This document shows, one piece after another, positions 59,614-64,000 of a stretch of DNA of 64,000 nucleotides. The position numbers and the translations under genes are program-made. The stretch is from positions 26,839-90,838 of the forward strand of contig LCFP01000003.1 of assembly GCA_000999095.1 (NCBI GenBank), read 5' to 3'. The notes below the pieces were generated by a model. The model did not search any database. It was not told the origin of the DNA and saw only the letters and a list, made by a program, of their open reading frames with translations. How positions within the stretch are numbered: the stretch's first letter is position 1; every line of letters begins with the position of its first letter. The DNA is from Candidatus Gottesmanbacteria bacterium GW2011_GWA2_43_14 (GTDB taxonomy: Bacteria; Patescibacteriota; Microgenomatia; 2-02-FULL-39-11).

Positions 59614-59685
59614 AAGAAGAAGAATCCAGTTAAAACGGATTCATAATCAGCATAAGCCAAATTAAAGCAATTTGTAAACCTCCAA

Positions 59686-60189
59686 TTGATCTGCTATCTT
59701 CAATTTATGAATAAAAGACTTAAGTTGGGATGGTTTTCATTTTCCTGCTGTGAAGATTCAACTATTATCTTTACAGAGCTTCTGAATGATCACTATTTAA
59801 CCTGGAAGAAATTGATTGATTTTCGGTCAATTTCGGTTCTTCAGAAGAAAGAAGATCTGACGGATTTGGATGTAGCCTTTGTTGAAGGAGCCATAACTTC
59901 AGGCGGGCAGTCGGATAGGCTAAAGGTGATCCGCGAAAACAGCAAAAAACTGGTGGCCGTAGGGAGTTGTGCCTGTGTCGGTATGCCGTCAGCCCAGAGG
60001 AATCTTTTTAACACAGAAACAAATACAGAAATTGAGGCTATCCTGACCCGATTCAAGTACTTGCCTAAAGTACAAAAATTGTCAGAAATTGTGACTGTTG
60101 ACGATCAGGTGCCAGGCTGTCCGATGAACGAAAAAATATTCCTGACTTTAGTTGATAAATACTTAAAGGAGTTTAAGATAATTTCCTAA
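59686..60189 (+). CDS. [NiFe]-hydrogenase small subunit, group-3-like (single proximal FeS-cluster domain); start may be ATG at 59707
   Basis: …GWFSFSCCEDS…GSCACVGMP…VPGCPMNE matches small-subunit proximal-cluster motifs (GxCAxxGG, PGCPP). Confidence 0.7.
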   Translation: MICYLQFMNKRLKLGWFSFSCCEDSTIIFTELLNDHYLTWKKLIDFRSISVLQKKEDLTDLDVAFVEGAITSGGQSDRLKVIRENSKKLVAVGSCACVGMPSAQRNLFNTETNTEIEAILTRFKYLPKVQKLSEIVTVDDQVPGCPMNEKIFLTLVDKYLKEFKIIS

Positions 60190-61479
60190 ATGCATAATCT
60201 TGATTTGACGCTTTCCGACATCTCCAAAATTGAAGGCAAAGCAGGCTGTGACATCAAAATCCGCGACGGTCTTGTCAAAGAAGTAAAATTCTCCATAGCT
60301 GAATTTAAGCGGTTCTATACCCAGGCAATCCGAGGGAAGGACATAGCTGCCCTGCCTCAACTGACAGCCAGGATTTGCGGCACCTGCTCCAACGCCCATT
60401 TGCTGTGCGCCATCAAAGCCTGTGAAAATATTTTGGGCATTAAAGTCAGCCAACAAACACTCCTGCTCCGGCAACTTTTGAACTTCGGCTTAATAATCAG
60501 GGATCATGCTTTACATTTATATATATTCGTCCTACCTGATTTTTTCGGCCGGGATTCGATTTTGGATTTTAAAGAAGATGACGGCCCGGAGCATAAATTT
60601 CTACATGATGCTTTCGCGGTAAAGTCTGCCGGGAATCATTTAAGCATAGCTGTTGGCGGCAGAAGCGTTCATGCACCGTATCCGATGGTGGGCGGTTTTA
60701 CCAGGCTCCCGGATAAGGCGGAACTCATTAAATGCCTGCAGGAATTAAAAGGGATCAGATCACGGGTAATTGATCTGGTAAAGTTATTCTTGGAAAAAGA
60801 CAAAACACTGGTCCGGAACAACCTGCAGTTTGCCGCTCTTCTGGACGAATCATATTCCTTTCTGGATGGAGAAATTTATCATACGGACGGCAAAGAAGCA
60901 CCGGAAAAATACGGAGATAATCTGAAATATGTATCCATCCCGTATTCACATGCCTCCGGATTCCGTTTCAGAGGCAAAACCTTCATGACAGGTGCCCTGG
61001 CCCGGCTGAACCTGGGGAAAGAAAAACTGCATAAAAAATCCAAGCAAAGTTTGGGGCCAATTTTGGACATTTTTCCGTCCCAAAATATATATCATAACAA
61101 TTTAGCCCAAGCCATAGAGATTCTCCACAGCATCGATTCGGCGGCTGATATTATTGAAAATCTGGATATCAAAGAGGAGAAACAACTGCCTATAACCAGA
61201 AAGGCCGGGGAAGGAGTGGGAGTCATTGAAGCACCGAGGGGGATACTTTATTACCGCCTGGCAATTGACGGAACCGGCCGGATAATCAAAGGGCAGATTG
61301 TTGTTCCTACAGGCCAAAATCAGATCGGCATCGAAGAGTCTATCCGGGTTTATCTGGAAAACAATCTTGAAAAATTAAATGACAGGGAAATATTGGAAAA
61401 AGAAATCGAATCAATAGTCCGGGCATATGACCCCTGCATGAGCTGCGCCTCACATTTCCTCAAAATCCGCTACAGCTGA
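60190..61479 (+). CDS. [NiFe]-hydrogenase large subunit (group 3-like)
   Basis: N-terminal RICGTCSNAH (RxCGxCxxxH) and C-terminal DPCMSCASH Ni-binding motifs; stop 1 nt after small subunit stop. Confidence 0.85.
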   Translation: MHNLDLTLSDISKIEGKAGCDIKIRDGLVKEVKFSIAEFKRFYTQAIRGKDIAALPQLTARICGTCSNAHLLCAIKACENILGIKVSQQTLLLRQLLNFGLIIRDHALHLYIFVLPDFFGRDSILDFKEDDGPEHKFLHDAFAVKSAGNHLSIAVGGRSVHAPYPMVGGFTRLPDKAELIKCLQELKGIRSRVIDLVKLFLEKDKTLVRNNLQFAALLDESYSFLDGEIYHTDGKEAPEKYGDNLKYVSIPYSHASGFRFRGKTFMTGALARLNLGKEKLHKKSKQSLGPILDIFPSQNIYHNNLAQAIEILHSIDSAADIIENLDIKEEKQLPITRKAGEGVGVIEAPRGILYYRLAIDGTGRIIKGQIVVPTGQNQIGIEESIRVYLENNLEKLNDREILEKEIESIVRAYDPCMSCASHFLKIRYS

Positions 61480-61847
61480 TTTACCAGAATTTCACATAAT
61501 TCCGCAACAGCTTTATCAGGAAGTATATGGTCCGGAACTCCGATGATGAGAAAATCGTTCAGCTTTCTTAATTTTTTTCTTAAGGATAATTCCAAAAAAA
61601 GATCGTAATCATGAACGCTGACATTCGGAGTAGGGGAAAAGGCGGACAGGGAATTAAAGATAGTGATTTTCTTAATACCCAGAACCGTATCAATCAAAAC
61701 CAGTTTTTCCGCTTCATCCGGCAGTTCTTCGGTCGGGTCGTATTTTATGAAATTAAATCCGGGCAATTTTCTTTTAAGACGCGGCAGAATTTTAAGGGGC
61801 AGGGAATCCCGGGGTAAAAGCATATTGCCCAAACAATAAACATTCAT
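61470..61847 (-). CDS. hydrogenase maturation endopeptidase (HycI/HoxW/HybD-like)
   Basis: …VYCLGNMLLPRDSLPLKI…LVLIDTV…HDYDL…IIGVP pattern of hydrogenase maturation proteases. Confidence 0.6.
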   Translation of the reverse strand: MNVYCLGNMLLPRDSLPLKILPRLKRKLPGFNFIKYDPTEELPDEAEKLVLIDTVLGIKKITIFNSLSAFSPTPNVSVHDYDLFLELSLRKKLRKLNDFLIIGVPDHILPDKAVAELCEILVNQL

Positions 61848-62605
61848 GAGTTAATAACCTGCAGGGATAGATTTGTATAATATTTAAGATTTATTAGCTG
61901 CCGGACTTCCAGCTTCTGGCAGAAATAGCCCCAGTGGTAGGAAAGGTAATCGCCTTTTACGAGATCTGACTTTAAAGCGTCGCTCTTACCCTGGTATTTA
62001 ATGTTTCTGGTTATTTTTTTCGTCAGATGCAGTTTTCCCGCCACATCTTCCAGTTTTTGCGTCGTGACTTTGATTGTGCCGTCCTCGTTAAAAGCAATAA
62101 TTTTACCCCAATTGATAAGGCAGGCATCCATAGTTTCCAAAGTATGTGGAATATTGAGATGCCCGGTTCTTCGCCAGACTGCCAGGACATGAAAGGAATG
62201 GTGGGGTTTGGGGGACCTTGGGAAAAAGTTTACCAGCCGCTTCAGCTCCCCCGGACTCTTTTTTTTCAGTTCCATTTTATCAATCAGATGATCCGCGTAA
62301 CTTTTGATCCTGACCTTCTCCAGAAGCTGATTTCCCAGCCAGTATGCTTCGACCACCAGCGGATCAAATGGATCAGAGAAATTATTCTGGTAGGCAATCA
62401 GACAAAGATAAGGATATAAAGTTGAAAAATTCCCTAAAATCTCTGAGGCACCCAGGTCAAGTATGGCAGTTTCCGAATAGTAGGCCATGTCTTTTTTTTT
62501 GTTCAAGGGTCCGCATAAAGAAAGCGAGTTGGGAGGATATGCATAGCGGCTGCAGAGAAAGATGCCGCTAGACGACGATGCTGCGGTTTTTTGGTCGGAA
62601 AACAT
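61844..62605 (-). CDS. hypothetical protein embedded in hydrogenase maturation operon
   Basis: 253 aa, CxxxxxxxxxxxxC near N-terminus; overlaps both neighbours. Confidence 0.5.
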   Translation of the reverse strand: MFSDQKTAASSSSGIFLCSRYAYPPNSLSLCGPLNKKKDMAYYSETAILDLGASEILGNFSTLYPYLCLIAYQNNFSDPFDPLVVEAYWLGNQLLEKVRIKSYADHLIDKMELKKKSPGELKRLVNFFPRSPKPHHSFHVLAVWRRTGHLNIPHTLETMDACLINWGKIIAFNEDGTIKVTTQKLEDVAGKLHLTKKITRNIKYQGKSDALKSDLVKGDYLSYHWGYFCQKLEVRQLINLKYYTNLSLQVINS

Positions 62606-63449
62606 AAATCAGCATAATGCCTGAAAGCGAGAGAATCAGGTTGTTTAATTGCAGTCCGGAAATGAATTGACGTGTCCAAAACATATTTAAGAGATTGGTG
62701 ACAGGGGTGGCCAGAATCAGAATGGCGGTCACCTGGGTAGCTGGGGCATACTTTAAGGCTGAAAAAAGACCGGTGACATAAAGAGTCAGAAGCACAATAG
62801 AAGGTATTACCGGCAGCAGGGTGGTCCAATCAAGCAAAAATAATAATCTGAGTTTTGACTGCCAGGCGGCAATTCCGATTAAAATCAGACTTCCCAAAAA
62901 CATCCGGCTCCAGGAAACCGTCAGACTTCCGGATTTGCGTAATACTTTTTTTGCCACTATATATTCACAAGACCATAATAAAGTAGCCAGAAGAATGAGA
63001 GCTTCGCCGCTGTTGAATGCAAAGCCGTTAAAACCCAGGAAGATATTTGACAAGGCTATCAGGACAAATCCGGCCACCTGAAGCATGCCCAGTTTTTCTT
63101 TCAAAAATGGAATAGCCAGAAAGGCCACCCAAATAAAAAGCGATTTATGGATCAGGTTGGCATTTATGGCCGAAGCCGATACCAGGCCGGCAAAATATAA
63201 AATAAATGGCAGACTGCCGCCGGCAACAGCAATAATTAAAAGCCCCTTCCAGTTTTTTTTAAAATCCTCAGTTATCCTGCCTCTTCGTCCGGTAAAAAGC
63301 GCCAGTGACAAAATGACGGCCGTCCCTCCGTTTTTAACGATATTAAAGATCAGGGGATCAATGCCTTTTACCAATACCTGTTTATTGTAGAAGATGGAAA
63401 CACCCGATATTAATGCTGTCAGTATGGCCCATTTGATTCCTTTATTCAT
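62568..63449 (-). CDS. EamA/DMT-superfamily transporter
   Basis: 293 aa, 10 TM, duplicated EamA-like halves. Confidence 0.7.
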   Translation of the reverse strand: MNKGIKWAILTALISGVSIFYNKQVLVKGIDPLIFNIVKNGGTAVILSLALFTGRRGRITEDFKKNWKGLLIIAVAGGSLPFILYFAGLVSASAINANLIHKSLFIWVAFLAIPFLKEKLGMLQVAGFVLIALSNIFLGFNGFAFNSGEALILLATLLWSCEYIVAKKVLRKSGSLTVSWSRMFLGSLILIGIAAWQSKLRLLFLLDWTTLLPVIPSIVLLTLYVTGLFSALKYAPATQVTAILILATPVTNLLNMFWTRQFISGLQLNNLILSLSGIMLIYVFRPKNRSIVV

Positions 63450-63453
63450 AAAA

Positions 63454-63672
63454 TCAGGAGAGTGATTTGATCAATAAGCGCACTTTCATTCCTTCCTCCC
63501 GGCTGAGCCTGGCAACAGCCAAGCCGCCTGCGACCTGCAAATATTCGCCTTTTTTTACGGTCAGATCTCCTGTCAATGATACGGTCCGGCCACCTTCTAT
63601 CATTGCTTTATTGCCGACAACCTGCAGCACTTTTACGGGAACGGTAAAACACATATTTGAATTAAAGTACAC
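63454..63672 (-). CDS. hypC: [NiFe]-hydrogenase assembly chaperone HypC/HupF
   Basis: N-terminal MCFTVPVKV (MC(L/F)xxP) signature, 72 aa. Confidence 0.8.
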   Translation of the reverse strand: MYFNSNMCFTVPVKVLQVVGNKAMIEGGRTVSLTGDLTVKKGEYLQVAGGLAVARLSREEGMKVRLLIKSLS

Positions 63673-63704
63673 CTAATATATAATATTCCAATCAATAAAT
63701 AAAT

Positions 63705-64000
63705 ATGCCCGTTCGCATAAATACCGTTTTATACAACCGCATTATTTTCGCTTTGTCGCTTTTAGGCATTATTTTAGCGGTTTATGTCCTCCAAAGTTTT
63801 CTCAGGCAAACCCCGATTGTCTGTTTGAATTCGGGCTGCGAACTGGTCAGGAAAAATCCTTTAAGCTATCCCCTTGGGATTCCGGTGCCCGCTGTCGGGC
63901 TGGTAGGTTATTCTATCCTGGCTGTTTTGGCTTTTTTAAAAACTGCTTCGACCAAGCGGAATCTGCTTTATGCTATCCTGGGCATGTCCGCTTTCGGTGT
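63705..64000 (+). CDS. vitamin K epoxide reductase (VKOR)-family membrane protein, 3'-truncated by window end
   Basis: TM helices and CxxC (VCLNSGC) in first periplasmic loop typical of bacterial VKOR. Confidence 0.5.
   Translation, partial: MPVRINTVLYNRIIFALSLLGIILAVYVLQSFLRQTPIVCLNSGCELVRKNPLSYPLGIPVPAVGLVGYSILAVLAFLKTASTKRNLLYAILGMSAFG

Noticed and set aside
1-64000. CRISPR arrays, tRNA/rRNA genes
   Set aside because: No regularly spaced repeats. Intergenic regions are short and AT-rich without cloverleaf-compatible segments.

Overview
This 64-kb window looks like a chromosomal segment from a low-GC (about 40%), probably monoderm bacterium. The evidence is a sortase, a DsbB/VKOR pair and class A PBPs, with a gene content reminiscent of Patescibacteria/CPR or another small-genome Gram-positive-type lineage; I cannot be more specific without searches.

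Content, in order:
- (i) Positions 1.5-27 kb form a very dense cell-envelope glycosylation island. It holds five polytopic GT-C-like membrane glycosyltransferases, about five GT2 and about four GT4/GT-B enzymes, a 1153-aa triple-domain GT2/processive-GT2/GT4 fusion, a transaldolase, a HisC-like aminotransferase, a methyltransferase and a Fur-family regulator. Inside it is a duplicated GT module, one copy of which is strikingly AT-rich (21.8-24.1 kb).
- (ii) Positions 27-37 kb encode housekeeping, repair and cell-wall remodelling functions: a GH5-like hydrolase, a RelE/Phd toxin-antitoxin pair, AlkD-like alkylation repair, two tandem S9 alpha/beta hydrolases, a C39-like peptidase with TPR, an L,D-transpeptidase, a transglycosylase, MsrA, a sortase, thiamine pyrophosphokinase and UppP.
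- (iii) Positions 37-41 kb carry small stress and membrane proteins (GlsB/YeaQ/YmgE, DUF948-like, YtxH-like, paralogous single-TM peptides).
- (iv) Positions 41-59 kb are signalling-rich: three paralogous sensor kinase/CheY-like receiver pairs and an SBP-HK-receiver-OmpR operon. A convergent 61-aa ORF there has an H-box-like motif. The same stretch holds peptidoglycan enzymes: a GH18, a DacA-like carboxypeptidase and two class A PBPs, plus DsbB.
- (v) Positions 59.7-64 kb contain a minimal two-subunit group-3-like [NiFe] hydrogenase with a maturation protease, HypC, an embedded DMT transporter, an unknown 253-aa protein and a VKOR gene.

The most interesting sequence-level signal is a recurrent intergenic direct repeat, TCTTAC(C/A)-N3-4-TCTTAC(C), with 10-11 bp periodicity. 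It lies upstream of many envelope and signalling genes and is the likely operator of an OmpR-family regulon. One copy appears to drive a terminator-bounded sRNA or micro-ORF of about 110 nt.

No rRNA, tRNA, CRISPR, integrase or transposase was detected. All functional calls come from motif-level reading of the translated ORFs, not from database searches.
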